Below, one piece after another: positions 63,337-64,000 of a stretch of DNA of 64,000 nucleotides (the stretch's first letter is position 1; every line of letters starts with the position of its first letter). The position numbers and the translations under genes were made by a program. The notes under the pieces were generated by a model. It made no database searches. It was not told where the DNA came from and worked only from the letters and a program-made list of their open reading frames with translations. The stretch lies in contig JBJMGD010000011.1 of assembly GCA_045808065.1 (NCBI GenBank), positions 128,577-192,576 of the forward strand, given 5' to 3'. Source of the DNA: Terriglobales bacterium (GTDB lineage Bacteria; Acidobacteriota; Terriglobia; Terriglobales; Acidobacteriaceae).

Positions 63337-64000
63337 CCTTCTTATCGCGACTTTCGCTTGTTGTATCGGGGTTGCGTCCGCTTCAGCCCGGCAGACACAC
63401 ACGACGGTTCGCCACCACCCGGCTCAGGTGCAGGAAGCTTCAGCAGCCTCCGGTCTACTCGATCAAGCGGAGGCGCTGCTTGCGAAAGGCGATTACTCCG
63501 GCGCACAGTCAATGCTTCAACAGGCCACCGCTAAAGATCCGCAGAGCTATCAGGCGTGGTATGACCTCGGATATGCGGATCGAGCGCTGCATCAGGACAT
63601 CCAGGCAATCACTGCTTACCGCAATTCGCTCGAGATCAACCCCAAGATCTTTGAGACCAATCTGAATCTAGGTTTGACCCTGGCCGCTTCAGGACAGAAC
63701 GATGACTCGATCAAGTACCTGACGGCCGCAACGGAGCTTCAGCCTGCGAGCCACCCAGAGCAGGCTAAGGAGCATGCCTGGCTTGCTTTGGGCAGTCTTC
63801 TGCTGGGCAAAGATCCTCCGGCCGCCGAGCATGCCTTCGCCGAAGCCGCGAGACTTGTGCCCGAAGATCCAGAGCCACACCTGCTGCTGGGAACCTTCTA
63901 TGAAAGTTCTAATAAGCTCGATCGGGCAAGGGCTCAGTACCAGCAAGTTCTAGCCGGATCCCATGGTGAGGCGCGCGCTCAGGCGTTGCGCGGACTGGTC
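63314..64000 (+). CDS. TPR-repeat protein with a signal peptide (partial, runs off the window end)
   Basis: The ATG at 63314 opens a stop-free frame to 64000: [25 protein letters not shown]...QSYQAWYDLGYADRALHQDIQAITAYRNSLEINP... It is absent from the ORF track because no stop is reached. It overlaps the uvrA 3' end by 23 nt. Confidence 0.7.
   Translation, partial: MLALSRNNLLIATFACCIGVASASARQTHTTVRHHPAQVQEASAASGLLDQAEALLAKGDYSGAQSMLQQATAKDPQSYQAWYDLGYADRALHQDIQAITAYRNSLEINPKIFETNLNLGLTLAASGQNDDSIKYLTAATELQPASHPEQAKEHAWLALGSLLLGKDPPAAEHAFAEAARLVPEDPEPHLLLGTFYESSNKLDRARAQYQQVLAGSHGEARAQALRGLV

Overview
The 64-kb window is chromosomal DNA from a fairly GC-rich, Gram-negative-type soil bacterium. 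Gene content and the repeat families suggest Acidobacteriota, but that is inference only. About 55 genes can be supported. No rRNA genes, CRISPR arrays, transposases or integrases were seen.

Most of the window is core backbone:
- truB, a rhomboid protease, and a GTP cyclohydrolase I gene followed by two PTPS/QueD genes (a pterin cluster).
- A CsoR-controlled copper P-type ATPase operon.
- tRNA-Arg(ACG).
- A 12-gene nuo (complex I) operon that lacks nuoB and nuoI.
- yebC, mscL, purQ, a GH20 hexosaminidase and uvrA.

The most system-like part is a minus-strand locus at about 45.1-60.0 kb. In transcription order it contains:
- an NtrC-type sigma-54 enhancer-binding protein with a degenerate receiver;
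- a DUF1698/CmoB-like methyltransferase;
- a clan-GH-A-like barrel that looks circularly permuted;
- two SDR sugar epimerase/dehydratases, one with a Zn-ribbon insert;
- a B12-binding radical SAM enzyme;
- a GT4-like transferase and three tandem CgeB-like GT-B paralogs;
- then a GT4, a GDE-like glucosidase and a CDGSH Fe-S protein.
The locus has no exporter or polymerase genes. I cannot match it to a characterised pathway.

Other items worth a second look:
- An 858-bp gene-free tract (36262-37119) made of successive phased short-repeat blocks. One block is a trio of ATACCC-N3-GGGTAT palindromes that resemble the CsoR-type operator at 8409-8425.
- Two dispersed noncoding repeat families: a CACGGAG-type inverted element and AATTCCCTG direct-repeat pairs.
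- A LonN / BchI-like AAA+ / vWA trio.

All functional calls come from motif recognition by eye. No searches were run.
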